Source: Oopsacas minuta (Eukaryota; Animalia; Porifera). Taken from it: 64,000 bases of DNA. This document shows, piece after piece, positions 39,019 to 52,616 of this stretch. A program made the position numbers and the translations under genes. The stretch's first letter is position 1, and every line of letters begins with the position of its first letter. The notes under the pieces were generated by a model. The model did no database searches. It saw only the letters and a program-made list of their open reading frames with translations, and had not been told where the DNA came from. The stretch spans positions 174,630 through 238,629 of the forward strand of contig JAKMXF010000314.1 of assembly GCA_024704765.1 (NCBI GenBank). The letters run 5' to 3'.

Positions 39019-42000
39019 TAATTAGACTCAACAATTCATTCGGCGACAATGTATGAGGGCTATCTAGAAGTGAATGGGTCTTCATAGTTTAAAAGATCAT
39101 TCTAGAATTCTATGTACCATCTCTTGACTGTAGGTATAAAAAAATTGTTGTTTAGAATTTTGCGAAGAATCATTTTCATTTCGTTCTTGTTTTCAAAAGT
39201 TTGAACTGTTTGGTATGATGGGAGCTGTGGGAGGGGTAACACGTGTCTATATATTTCTATTGATGATGTGTCTTAATTGTTGAAGTCGTTGTAGTGAAAT
39301 TAGGCTGAAGGAAAACTATAGAAGATAATGGTGTAAAACTTTCCCCAAGAGTATGATAACTTCATGTTTATCCAAAATCTCAAATGGTTTGGAAATGAAC
39401 AACCAGTACATTGTTTGCCTCAAAGATCCTTGAGTTCGCCTCGTATATTACGTGTCTCAAGGGAAAAAGACATTTGAAACCTATAAGCATTTGCAAATGT
39501 AGAACAATGAAAGAACAATAATTGTGGTAAAGTAAGTCAAATTTATTGGCAATACTATAAGTCATGAGGGATAAATATATTCTCAGAAAGTTGGAATATA
39601 GTACCAATCTCATAATATCATAATCAAATATATCAGCCAACAGGTCTTAAGAAATCCTAAATAGGAAAGCATTATCAACATACACCAATATCTATACGAG
39701 GGCGGTCCGACATTCTGCCCAGTGAGGCATTTTCTGAGGCCCTCAGCCCAAATACATTGTCCCTCTTCCTGGACCTGGTCGTTCTTAGCACAAATAAACA
39801 AGTTTGAAATAGACCAATATTTCACTCGGTTGCAAAGTTCGAGAAAATAATCTATGGACATATTCTGAACCTCACATAATGCAAATATACTGTGAAAGAG
39901 ATCACATGAATAAAATTCATAACTCATATTTGGAAATAGAATAGTGCGTTTGCTACTTTGGTCGCTGTGAGACAAGTGCCATATACTTAGCACCCTTTCG
40001 AATTTAGCTTAAAAAACATCAGCTACAATTCTCAATGTTTTGGTTCGCAACGCGACTGGATTTACTCAACACTAAGCGCCTCAAGTTTAAAAAATAGCGG
40101 ACATTGAAAATAATCGATGGTCAATCCAAATAGCAGTTAACAGTTTTCTATGAGTACGCTGGAGCTGCTACTTTGGATATTACAATAATTTAGGAACTTC
40201 ATGATATTGCATCGAGTAATAAAAAGTATCAAAATGTTCGAATTTTGAAAGAGTGAAAATTTTGAGAACCATCATGACGTAATAACATAATCAGCTTGCC
40301 TTTTATAAATATCATTAATTCTGACAGAAATGTTAGGGGTACTTGTGATTAAACCTAAAATGATTTCATTTGATATTCTTTGAGCCCAGGGCTGCATCTA
40401 GAATTAGGCAACCTGGGCACAGTGGATGTCCATATATTCAATTTCGCGTGACTCTTAAATATTAACCCAGGTCACTAGTCCTTATGTCATGATGTTCTCC
40501 GACAATTATGTCGATGTAGTCTATTATGTCAATATAAATATTAATGTTGTCAACGATGAATATGAAGAGGATAAACAAGAAATTTCATACTTGAGCAATA
40601 GTTACAAACATTTCAAACTCTTACGAAATCTTTGAGACTTGGTGTAATCCAAGACATTGCATGACCTCGCAATAACATAAGTATGTCACCGATGGCATAA
40701 ATGAAAACATCTATCTGACCAATTCTTAAAGATTTGGCAACTCTGGAGCAAAATGTATAATCAAGTAGCCACAGATCCGAAAGATTTACAATTAAAGACG
40801 CCAGAATCCGTGAGATACACGATAAACTTGTAAGAGTTGGCTTCTTTTGGAAATATCTCTGTGCCATGGTCACAGCTCGCAAATTCACGCCTACATTGCT
40901 AAGTCATACAATAATCTCTAGATTAAGTACCAAAATATGCATAGAAATATGTAATTTTGAGTAAAAACAACTCAATACATTAATTGTCTTTGTTGTAGGG
41001 AGCAGAAAATTGACATACACAAAAATGACATCCAAAATATTGCCCGCCCACACTCTTCAATTAATTCAGCTCTTCTCTGTCATAACCATTGGGTTTCTAT
41101 ATCAGGAAATTTCGGTATTCCCATAAGATCTAAAGTGGAATTCTCGAGAGAAACCTATAGCTCTCAAATAACTAGGTATCAACAAATTCTAGGGGTATCT
41201 ATCAGTGGCCTAACTGTGGGTGGGGGGACATTGCACCCCATACACAATACTTGCCTACCCATTTATTGAAAGTGACGAATTCCTACAAACCAAATAATTA
41301 TGTAAAATAGGATCATAAACCGAATAAGTCTCAACAATTTGAGGTGGTAATTCAAAATGCTACAGCTCGTTGGATTTTGGAAATCTTATAGACTTCAATG
41401 TTAGTGTGAAACTTTTAAGAGAGGAAGATAATGAGTAGATTCAAAATGTCCAAAACATAGACGGTCTTTTTCATGAAATTCAATGAAGCCATCTCCAGCT
41501 GAAAGCAGGAGCGGTTTCAGCCTCGTTACCATACTGTTCAACACAAAATTCATCAAATGCTGCTACCAACCTTTGCCAGCTCTCTTTGAAGCCAAAGATG
41601 AAGAATCCTTGAGTAGAGCAATGAAACACAGTTCGAGTTCAAAGATTCAGGAGAACGAAAGGTTTTTGATCAAGGATATATTATTTTAAATATTTATTAT
41701 TTGCACTCCGTCATGAAATTTAGCAAAATCAAAAAAATCAGTTGGAAATGTCTATAACATACAAAGTTTGGATATGCTAAGGCTAATTAAAGGTTTCTCA
41801 AACAGTGAATCATGTCCATAGAGATGGAGTACCAAAACGAGTAAATCACAAAATTGAACCAATATTATTGACTTTCCATTAGTCGAGATTACTTTCTAAA
41901 CATGAAGAGGATGATAGATCCAGGGATAAAATTCATTATATAATAGAATAGGGTGTGAATAGCATTTTTTATCCCCATAATCGCCTGGAAATCGATTTCA

Positions 42001-42521
42001 GAAATACTCCCATAAAATTATACGTTAAAATAAATGTTATGATAACCAATTTCCATGGGATCATATTTTCTAAGCATGATTGAACACAATGTGGCAATAT
42101 ATGGAAATAGGCATATCTCCAAAATTTAGAGTTTCATGTCTTCTTATAATGGATGCTAGATTTCCATCGAAAATAAAACTTATGGAACTTTTCGGGTTTC
42201 GTATGTGGTCAGAGGCGTAGTCAGAGGCGTAGCCAGGGTGGCATAAGCGGGACATGCCGCACCTTTTGTGCGGCTTTAACTACACCTCAGCATCCAACAT
42301 TTCATGGTTGACAAAATTTGACAAAAGGTTATCAAAATATAAATAATTTTACTCTGGCTTTTCATTATTCGACAAATTTGCAGAGTTACCAAAATTCAGG
42401 TAATTCATTGATCAGACCGAACAAAAAAACGAAGAAATTTTGATAAAATATACCCGTTTCTATGTATTATTGTCAATAAAGTATCTCAATAATATAAGCA
42501 TATGTCATGTCTGAGTATATA

Positions 42522-43145
42522 CAGTGGAGTCTGCCAAAACGGACACTCCAAGAAGCGGACAACCAGAAGCTGCAACCAATAATTTTCGTAGATATCACAA
42601 AATTTACATAATAATATGAGTGCTATACAAGTTCTATGTCTTTCAAGTCTTTCAACAATTCTTTCATTATCAATGTAAACTTTGGGTCCATAAAGGCAGT
42701 ACGCATACTTTCTCTTTCGTAACCTCAGCAAATACTTTTTATTTCTCTTCTCAAAAATTGTGAAAGTCGAGGATATTTTGAAGTAGCTATAGGTATTGGC
42801 ACACAATAGATACTGTAGCTAGTCTGCAAGTGTCAACTAGCAGACAAAGTTGTCTTCCTGACTCATTTGCGCACCCATTATAATATATATAGAGTATAAA
42901 GCAATGCCAATATGCTTACGTTACTCATAAGTCATCACTCTACATCATATTCATTCTTATCACAGTATAATAAAACTTGTGACTTCTCCCATAACTATTC
43001 AACTATAATACATGCAAAATTGCATTCAAAATGATACATATGAGGTGTTTTGATAAAAAGATGGACTAGTCTCCGAGAAGCGGACAATTCTTTACAACGG
43101 ACAGAAACCATGTCACCAACGTGTCCGTTATCGGAGACTCCACTG
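42522..43145. mobile_element. Non-autonomous pogo/Tigger-like element (624 bp)
   Basis: TA-flanked ~25-bp TIRs CAGTGGAGTCTGCCAAAACGGACAC / CAGTGGAGTCTCCGATAACGGACAC; AGAAGCGGACAA repeated near both ends. Confidence 0.75.
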
Positions 43146-44229
43146 TAGTTATCAACCATTTACTTTTGTGTTAAAAAGTACGAAATTGGGATCGAGTGAG
43201 AAATTAGGTATCCAAAATTAAAGAGATAATAATACTAGAAAATGGACACGCATACTAAATGTTTAGTGAAGAATGTTCTTTTGCCTTTATGTTTGATAGC
43301 GATTAGTTCGTTCTAAGCTAAAATATAAGTTCTAGAAATCTATAAAAGTATTTGCTGAAATATTTTGGTTTAAGGCAATGAATTCTCTAGCTAGCATTTC
43401 TTCATTTTGATAGCTAACCATTGCTCAAGGGTTGCTAGCAGCCCTCTCATATAGAATGTGCTAGCATCTCCAGTAATCCAGGGGTTACCAACAACCCCTA
43501 GAAACCCCACCGCATATGGCTAAGTATAAGTTCGGTTTCACCTTGAACAGACTTATGATAAGCTAATTATGTATTGTCTTGCTCGTAATAAATGTACATA
43601 CATGAATTTTCAACTCACGCAAATTTTGTCCTTCCGTATTTGACACAATGTATGTACATGATTATATTGTAATACCCCAAGATGCTGAGATGCGAGCTAA
43701 CTAGATTTCTGCTTTGCAATTTAGCGAATAATTCATCGGATTAACATGATTTTCCAATACAATTGTGATTCCATATCATTTTAATCAATTCTGGAGCCAT
43801 CCTCCATCTTCGCAGGATCCGAAATTGTATAGATTGTCAGTAATACTTCCCATTTTTGTATAACTTTTGATTGCCTAGTGGGCTAACTTTGGCGAGATTT
43901 CAGCTTTGTGAACATTTCATTAATATTTCTATTATCAAAGATTGTTATAATTTAAGGATCGATACAGATTCGTTGTGAAAGTAGAGAATCGAACAGGAAA
44001 TTAAGGGATTTATCCCATCCACAAATTTTCAAATTTATGCTATGTTTAAAACTTAAAATGTCAATGATTTTAGAATATCCTTTAGGTTAGTCTGAAATCA
44101 TCGCAAGCAATATTTAGAAAATCGTTTTTGTATATGGCATGCCAAATTTTTCCTTTGAAAACCCTATATTCGAAGGAAATCTCCCACAATGGGCAATTTC
44201 AAAATACTGTCTGTTGATTCTTATCAATA

Positions 44230-45160
44230 AGCAATCAGTTACTATATCATATTCCAAGTATGCATTGAGAGGAGAGTGAACTTGCTTGTGTCGAGAAACA
44301 GTCGTTACCGAAGCCTCCTTAACTGCAATTTAGTTGAGTATTTGTTCTTCAAATACTTTCAGCTTGGGGCAATGTTGGATTACATTAACTTCCAACCCAG
44401 CACCAAACCCCCTGGCAGTATATAGCCTATCCAAGTCTGAACGAACTTTCATTAACTGAAGCCAATTTCCAGTAGTTTTGAATTCAATATTTTCAATCAT
44501 TCCACTTATCCAGTTCATAAGATTAATAACATCTTCAAGTATCCATCTCCTCTTCTCAATTAATGTACATGCTTCATAAAATCCTGTCTCTTGTTGTCTC
44601 TCCAAAAGTTCCTCAAACTTTCAGATTATCGTAGGGCCATGCAGTTGTATCTTCCTGAGAAAGAACATCAAGAATATGACAAGTTGCTGTTTCTCGCCCA
44701 TCATCAAGTTTCACAATGAGTTTTCCCCTCCGAACAATTCTTAAATTCCATCTAGTATCAACATGATGAGGGATAGTCCTATTAGCTACATGTTTATTAA
44801 ATATGTCAAGTGCTTTCTGACTATGAAGATATCACGTCTGCAAATGTTGATAGATTGTGCTACACACCGCTATACCAATAAACAATCACATTAATTCCAC
44901 AATTTCTCCAAGCCAAGTTGAACCAGCCGAGTATTGTCAGTGAGGAATAGTATAACCCTGGAACTCCACCCTTCAACAATGTGTACTTCTACTTGACCAG
45001 CTTCCAGAAATTCATTAGAAGTTTCGTATTTCACTATTTGGCTGGTGACAGAAATTGGTTTTGAACTTGAGTTTATCAGGATTGCCATATTATAATACTC
45101 CCAACTTCTCATCCACTTGTGATACATTTTGATGATAAACTCAAGGTTATTGCGCAATCT
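44230..45160 (-). pseudogene. Degraded hAT (Ac/BED-type) transposase remnant
   Basis: Ordered motifs across broken frames: W..RVILFLTDN, RCVAQSIN (CxxH-LN-like), HHVDTRWN. No termini identified. Confidence 0.5.
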
Positions 45161-45221
45161 AACAAATGATCATACATGGGTATATTAATGATTACATCAT
45201 ATTGGTAAGAGATATCATATC

Positions 45222-45410
45222 AAAATGTATCACAAGAGTATGGGAAGTTGGGTGTATACTATAAAATGGCTATCCTGATTTGACCAAAATATCAACGATT
45301 CTCGAGTTATAAGTGGATAATTGCAAAACATGTGAATACATGGTCTGTAAGATAACTCAGAAATGTACGAACTTTATCATAACAAATGTTTTATATTCTG
45401 TAAAAAAACG
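45222..45410. repeat. Dispersed repeat, copy 1 (copy 2 at ~61530-61715)
   Basis: TGTATCACAAGAGTATGGGAAGTTGGGTGTATACTATAAAATGGCTAT...TTTGACCA aligns with TGTATTACAAGGGTATGGGAAGTTGGGGTGTACTATAAAATGGCTAT...TTTGACCA. Confidence 0.7.
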
Positions 45411-46166
45411 GTTTTAGACTATTTAATATTCAACATTTCGAGCATACATCTATAATTCACGTTCTACTTAGTTTCAAAGATCGAGAAGTTTACAACATAT
45501 ATTTGCCAATTACGCTAACAAATGTCTTCACCTATATATTAGAAAATTTTCACAAATGGGACTTTTGTACACTTCAGTACGTGGCAAATGATTCTAAATG
45601 ACATTGCTCGAATGCAGAGAAATGAATGATGGAAAAATCTGAGTCTACAGGCTACGCCTGAACATACATAAAGTTTAGCCCAAAAAATATTCCGAAATCG
45701 AAAAATTGGTTCCATTTCTATGAATGATGGGCTACCATGTAGTCCATAATTGAGTCAGCAGGATTACAGTGCCTGCAACAGTCTGGAGGACAAGGCATAG
45801 CCAACCACTGCAAGAATACCAACTAACTTAATTCTTTTCTGTTTCCAGAATATTAGAAAATGTAAGTTCTAAATAGGAATGTGTCTATGACGAGTTAAAA
45901 ACAATTTCCTGAAGAAACTATGGTTGCCATATTTCGAATTGCTCAAAACCGCAAAAATTGTATATATAAATATTTATGCTTACTTGAAACACTATTAATC
46001 GAACGCCAGATGAAGAATGTGGAAATATAATGTCCATGGTGAACGCTGTACATTGTATTCACCCAAATCTGGTAAGACCAGAAGTAAAGATACCACAGCG
46101 AAGGGACAAGATAGTATGGGTTACAACATCAAATGGGACAAACGTAGTTAATTGTCTAGTATTATA

Positions 46167-47510
46167 CAGGGTGAATAATGATTGATGCCCTCTAATACAA
46201 GAATATTTATTAATGAAATGGGTTAAGAATATATAATAATTCATTTGCCTACATATCCCCCTTTAGTTTGATACATTGTTTGATGCGTTCGGGCATTCCT
46301 CTATACATTTTGTCCAAAATATCCGGTTGGATTTGGGACCAAGCTAATTTTACCTTCCTGATCAGCATTTCTGTATTTGTTGAAGGTGCCATTGTATCTA
46401 CCTCAGTTTGGAGAATTGACCAGAGGTTCTCTATTGGATTTAGATCCGGTGAGTTTCCTGACCAAATACCTTTAGCCCCAAAGCCTTTCAGGTTGCTCTT
46501 ACACCATTCTTGGGATACTTTTGCGTGATGCGCAGGTGCACCATCCTATTGAAGGATGGATTTGGACATCTCTGGCAGCATAGCTATGCTTAAAACATTA
46601 CCAGTTTTTCGCTTTCTTCGCATTGCAGAAAGGAGGGAATTCTTCAAAATCTCTTCTGCATAGTATCCTGCTGTTATGGTTTGTCCTTTGGGAACAATAT
46701 GGAATTCTGAGAGTGGATAGTAAGACATCATGCCCCACACATGTATTTTGCTCGAAATTTGACCCTCTTGACTGGTGGAATTTGTGAAGTATCTTTAGCC
46801 CAGATACGATCGTTTTGTTGATTCGAAGGGTGCAAAATTTCAAATGGAGATTCGTCAGAAAATAGGACACGTTTCCAGTCTTCAACATTCCAATTTCTCC
46901 GTTCTTTACAGAAATTCAGCCTGGCCGCAAGCTGTTTTTCGGTCAGCAGCGGGTGTCGTTATCGCTTATAGGTTTAACTTGAAGGGTCTTCCTTAAATTA
47001 TTATGAACCGTGCCATGAGTGATAGGAAATCCACTAGCAGTTATTCTCTTGGCTAGCTTTCGAGTGGATTGGTTTCTTTTACTTATTGATTTAGCCAAAT
47101 TTATTTTCACAACTCTAGGGATGGATGATTTTGGTCCACGGCCCTCTTTATTCTGAAGGGATTCCCCTTTCTTGTACCGACTCCACCAACGTCTGATTGT
47201 GCTAATATCTGCCCCTATTAACTTAGCGCATTTTCTTTGCGTAAATCCTGCTTCTAACATCCCAATAGCTCGATTTCGAGAAGATAGAGGATGCTCTTTG
47301 ACCATATTTAATAGACTAATTTCAAGAAAAAGCAGAGTTTAATTTTCGTATAAATATAGGCACGAGTTAGATGAAATAGTATTAAAGATTATGTGTATTG
47401 ATAACTAAAGGTAAGAGATTAAGATATATTAAACTAGATTCATTTTACTAGTGTAAAAATAAAGGTTATACATAAAAATAAATATAGCGCATCAATCATT
47501 ATACACCCTG
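46167..47510 (-). mobile_element. Tc1-like element, D,D37E spacing, degraded
   Basis: TA-flanked 25-bp TIRs CAGGGTGAATAATGATTGATGCCCT / CAGGGTGTATAATGATTGATGCGCT. HTH ORF 46943-47305 (RNRAIGMLEAG); MWGMMSY; DGAPAH...WSGNSPDLNPIENLW with 37-residue spacing. Confidence 0.92.
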
Positions 47511-47960
47511 TAAATGAAGATTAGATAATTAAAATTAAGGGTAAATGTTTATAGCAATATAAATCATAGAAAGGGTAACCCTAAATTAACTCTTAAAAGG
47601 ACCAGAGAAATAATAAATACAAAGAACGGAAAATCGCAATTTTCACGAACTCGGATAGACTCAAAATCAGAAATTGGAAAACCCAACTTGGCTCCGGCCA
47701 AATTTCTCGAAAACAAGATTGTCCGGCACAAATTCGAATAACTGGTAACCTAAAGAAAACATTCTAGGTATATATTAAATTTTTGATTTGAACGTCAAAG
47801 AAGATGAAATTACTCCATAAAATATTGATTTTTGTGGAGTTGGTCGGTAGGTATGGAATACTATATAAATTTCCCAATTTCTTACCGAATTCTAGGATCA
47901 AATTAATCATATTTCAATTTAGTCATTGATTGAGCCAATCAAATAGTTGTATACGTAATA

Positions 47961-49254
47961 CAGGATATTCAATAAGTTCGTGGAAAATTATATTTAGAGT
48001 AAGGAGTACTAAATGTTAGATTTAGCAATCCATTTATCAATCATATATTTATTGATTTACTTAAACTTTGTGATACAAGCAGCTATATTCAGAGCAATAA
48101 TCAGATCTTTCCGCCAGTTGTTTGAAAAATAATGAATTTTGAGAACTTAGAGCATCGAGAAGTCATTAAATTTCTCTGTATAAAAGGACTAAGCGCTACT
48201 GAAACGTTCAAAGAGATGAAAGATGTCCTCAAAGACAATGTTCCTAGTCAATCTATGGTTGCAAAATGGCATTCAGAATTCAAACGTGGAAGAGGAAATA
48301 TTACAGATGACCCTCGCTCAGGAGACCCACATTTTCTCTCCATCCAGAAACAATCCAATCTATTAGTGGTATGATAGAGAACAATCACTGTATATCGATC
48401 AGAATTATAGCTAATAAGGTAGATTTATCAATTGGAACTATTCACTCGATCATTCATGACCATCTTGGGCTCAAGAAATACAAAGCAAAGTGGATAGCAA
48501 AACCTTATCAGAAAATCAAATGATGGCTAGACTGGAAACTAGCAAAAGCATGGTTGATTTGTATATGTCTGACCCAGACGATTTCATGCGAGACTGATTA
48601 CAGAAGATGAAACCTGGATGTACTACCATGACCCTTGCACTGTTAGCGGGGCTGCGGAATGGAGGCATGAAGATTCTCCAAAGCCCAAAGTACCCCGACT
48701 TGGTCACTGTGTCCAAAGTCTAAGTCAAAGCTGATGCTATCAATATTCTGGGATTCTAAGGGACCATTACTATTAGATTATCTTCCAAAAATTCGACGGT
48801 GACTCGAGCATATTATGCCAATCTAATGACGAGGTTACGCGAATCTTTAAAGAGGAATAGGCGAGGAATGCTAAAAAGAATCCCACTCATTTTACATGAT
48901 AATGCCCCATCCCATAAAAGTTATATTGCACAGGAGGCAATAAAAGATTGTGGCTTTAAACAGGCTCAACACCCACCATACAGTCCTGATTTAGCTCCCA
49001 GCGATTATTATCTGTTTCCAATTGCCAAGCAAGCTTCGCGCAAAGATTTTTGACGATGACGATGCATTAGAATCGGGTTTTGAAGACTGGTTAGACACCA
49101 AAGACAAAATGTTTTTTCATCATTGTATAGAAAAGCTGAAAGATAAGTGGCTTAAATGTATTCTATTACAAGGGGATTATGTTGAAAATTAAACTCTAGC
49201 CATTGCTTACAAAACATCTATATACTAATTTCCAAGAACTTATTGAACAACTTG
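47961..49254 (+). mobile_element. mariner D,D34D copy B (defective), inverted relative to copy A
   Basis: TA-flanked imperfect TIRs; interior matched the reverse complement of copy A in every stretch compared; ORF-track proteins are identical. Confidence 0.95.
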
Positions 49255-49521
49255 TATGTACTGAAATATTAAGTGAAACAAGATTAAGAAAAGACACAGA
49301 TCTATGGACTTGATGAACACTTATTAAACGTAGAATGAATAGAATCACACTGTGTAAACTTCAAATTATGGAATTCTAAAATTGCAAAAAAATGTCAGAA
49401 TTTATTGAATAAATCCTTGGTATAAGATATCATTCCAATACAATTTGTGAATATTAATAAAATAGCGTAAACATGGTAGATGGATATAGGCTAGTTAAAG
49501 ACCTATCGAAATAATTATTAC

Positions 49522-49753
49522 CTGTAAAGAATGTTCCTCCTTGTGAGTGGAATCATTTAGAATCTTCACTGTGTGGCTAATCCCAGCCCAAATCTTGGAA
49601 TTGACTGGAAGAAGGCATAGTACAGGAAAGTCTCGCCTTTGGCCTAATAAAACACTAATGTGGTTGTCCCAATCCCACTCGCCACAAGTTGTTCTGTTAA
49701 ATATCTCCAATGTACCATTCGTAAGTGCGGCATATACATGACCACCAGAGTAT
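49522..49753 (-). CDS. MAPK8IP3: JIP3/JIP4-like protein, internal exon (232 nt)
   Basis: Acceptor tttacAG|A at 49754/49753; donor CAG|GTAATA at 49522/49521 (phase 0). YSGGHVYAALTNGTLEIFNR...GEWD..NH...LG...KIWAG..H.V.IL...EHS matches JIP3 KGRVLVALADGTLAIFHR...GQWD..NY...LG...RVWCG..NKVHVI...EKS. Confidence 0.85.
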
Positions 49754-52616
49754 CTGTAAATTCAACAAGAAAACAAAATCTTTATAGACTACAATAAAAG
49801 TACGACGAAAATATAAACAATATATAGAAATGTCTTAAATAGACAACTAATCTATACAAACTGAAATTTCGAAATTCACTGCTTCTATTATATCATATGT
49901 ATTAGGAGTGAAAAGAATATACCGAATATTCGAATATTCATCAGAAATGTATGAACAAATATTTGTTTTTAAGAAGGTCTATATAATTTTGAAGGTGTTC
50001 TGAAGAGAGATAACATCAAGAATTGTTCTCAAAGTTAGAATTGGTATTCACAAAATAACTGAGAATTGATCGATGTTTTCAGCATTTGCTGGTGATAATC
50101 TTAGTGTTTCACGAAAATATCGATATTATTATTACCATCTATATCTCAACTATCAATTAGCATAAACATAATTGAAGTTCAGTAGGATTTAGATTCAGAA
50201 ATATGAGTTTGAACTGGCCCTACAGTATCTGGAATATGATTCATCCCCTACCACTCTCACTCCCGCCTAAAATTTGAATTCCTCTAGCTCCGCGAGTCGT
50301 CAATAAGTCTTAATGAGACATATTTTTCATAAACGTCCATACCACCAAAGTAAGCATAGATAATTTCGGTATTGGATTCTGACTTTTAGGTAGGTAAATT
50401 GAAGGGAGTCGTGACACAAAAATTTTTACCAAGAAAGTGGTTAAAATTAAGGCATTTAAAATCAAAACATATTGCTTATAACGTTCAACTCTCCTCTTTC
50501 CAATGATACTAATTTCGTTGAAATCTGATGAGTATAAGTGAGTCAAATTAGTGACTGAAGTGACCCAAGTCTAACTTCTTCGTTGAATATTAAAAATACA
50601 ATATTCCAAAGGTATAGAATATTTATGCAAGAAAGTTTATACACATAATCCACCAACCCTCAATAGTATGTAGAAAAATTATATCAAATAATGATGAGAA
50701 GCCGGTCAACTAACACATTATAGTTAACACGAATGTAAAAAATTCAAAACCTCAATGCTAAGTTATCACATATATTTTATTTTTTTGACGACTCTTTCGT
50801 AATCTACCTACATTATACTTTCGAATAATAACAAAAGTCGGTCGATTAAACGATTGGAGTGAACACATTTTGTATTTGAATTCGCTGCTAACTTCTTCGT
50901 GGAAAAATCTGGAAATTCTGAACACAAAACTATAAGTCACTTCTTTCAAGTTAAATTCAAAGGGCTACAGCAGCGCATACTATATTTATATAATTCTTAA
51001 TACGACTTTCAATGAGATGTATTCAGTTTATACTCACCCTAAGTTCAACAAATAATTTTTGCGACGTAACTCCACTAGGAAAATTTTGCAATAGATAATT
51101 TGCATGAGAACATTTTTCTCGAACTATATTATTGAGGAATTATCCCAACAAAGTTACAGCCTAAAATGTAAAGCTAATTCGAGATCAACCAAGACATGTA
51201 ATCAGTTGTGGATTAAGGGGGGATGGGGATGTCGCACGGAGCCAGAGCAAATAAGGGGCCCATACAAAGTACGGCGGAAAAGCAGAATTACAGAGCTTAC
51301 CGTTGCCATAGCACTATCATATATATTTTCCAGATCAAGAAGCCAAAGTATTTCAAGAGTAATTTGTCTCAACTATAGCTTCAATATACTATATAGTAAG
51401 GCAATTATCTTGAGGGTTATTGAATTACCATATTATCTATCCAGTATTCTAGCTAACTTTGGGATTATCATTCCAAGTGTCTAGATTATTTGGTTATAGA
51501 ATCACAACTTTGACATTGATTTGTCAAATATTATTACAATGGAGTCCCCTTTGATAAGATTCCATGCGTTTATTATAAAAAATGCCACTATCAATAAATC
51601 TCATAGCCAAATAGCTGATGCTAAAGTGAGCGTGCAAATTAAAAATAGTGCAAAGGGGCCATATGGTGCATATAATCCGTAAATATACTTGGAGACTTGC
51701 TTCCAACAGATATATAGGAGTAGTCAAGTACGCTGAGTCAGAATATGATTTTTCAACTACGTATTGTGAATATTTGTTGTTGTTTAGGTGTATAAAGTAA
51801 ACTAATTTGTAATTAATCCTAGAAACTTGCTGCCAAAGTTATACTGGGGTAATCGGGTACGCTGAGTCCGAAATAAATTTTGTCACCAATGTATTGTGAA
51901 TATGTTGCTAAGTATATTCATTACTTAATTCGAGGGACAAAGTGCCGAGCACCATACGAACACAGAGTGGCAAGTCACACAGCGAGAGCAAGCGAAGCAG
52001 GTAGTACGCATTATACGTTAAACGCGACAACCAAGGTAGCATTACATAATAGCCACTAGATATGAGTAGCAATGTGATACTTTGAATAATACATAATTCT
52101 AAGCATATTAGGACAATTCTTGCAAAGAATAAAATCAATTTATTCGCATCCATGTAAAATTGCAATTGTTTATATACTGTATGTGCGTATATTAAGAAGC
52201 ATCAAAGGCCCCTTTAGGTCATAATCCATATTAGCCCGGAGTTATGTAGAAAAACTAATCAGAATACGAGTGATTCCACCTTGGAATCATTGAAGATTTC
52301 TTCTTTTAGCACTTCAAAGTTTAGCTTTTGGATACATTTAGGACATACTACAATGCATTGAATATTTCAGCATTGATCGAAACGAAGTTTTATGTCGATA
52401 TTCGTAATAATCGATTTTTTCATAGCAACGCAGGAATGTGGAAGATTACATTGTCTATTTTTGTCATAACGCAGTCGAATGACTCTTTGTTCGACTCCGC
52501 TAGGCTAGTTCAGTATAGTTATATTCATAATGACGATCTACTTGGGATGTTGAATATGTTCTAGTTTCTAGTAAGCGAGAATAATCAACATACACACTAT
52601 TAATTATATATTAATT

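Larger units (their letters stand above)
12824..49753 (-). other. MAPK8IP3: 3' part of a JIP3/JIP4-like host gene (three coding exons, two very large introns); continues upstream
   Basis: Three exons join in frame via GT-AG sites with compatible phases (0, then 1), and the product is colinear with the recalled JIP3/JIP4 C-terminal beta-propeller. JIP3 versus JIP4 orthology cannot be resolved here. Confidence 0.8.

Noticed and set aside
25748-49254. Segmental duplication as the origin of the two mariner copies
   Set aside because: Similarity stops at the TIRs; each copy has its own TA and unrelated flanks.
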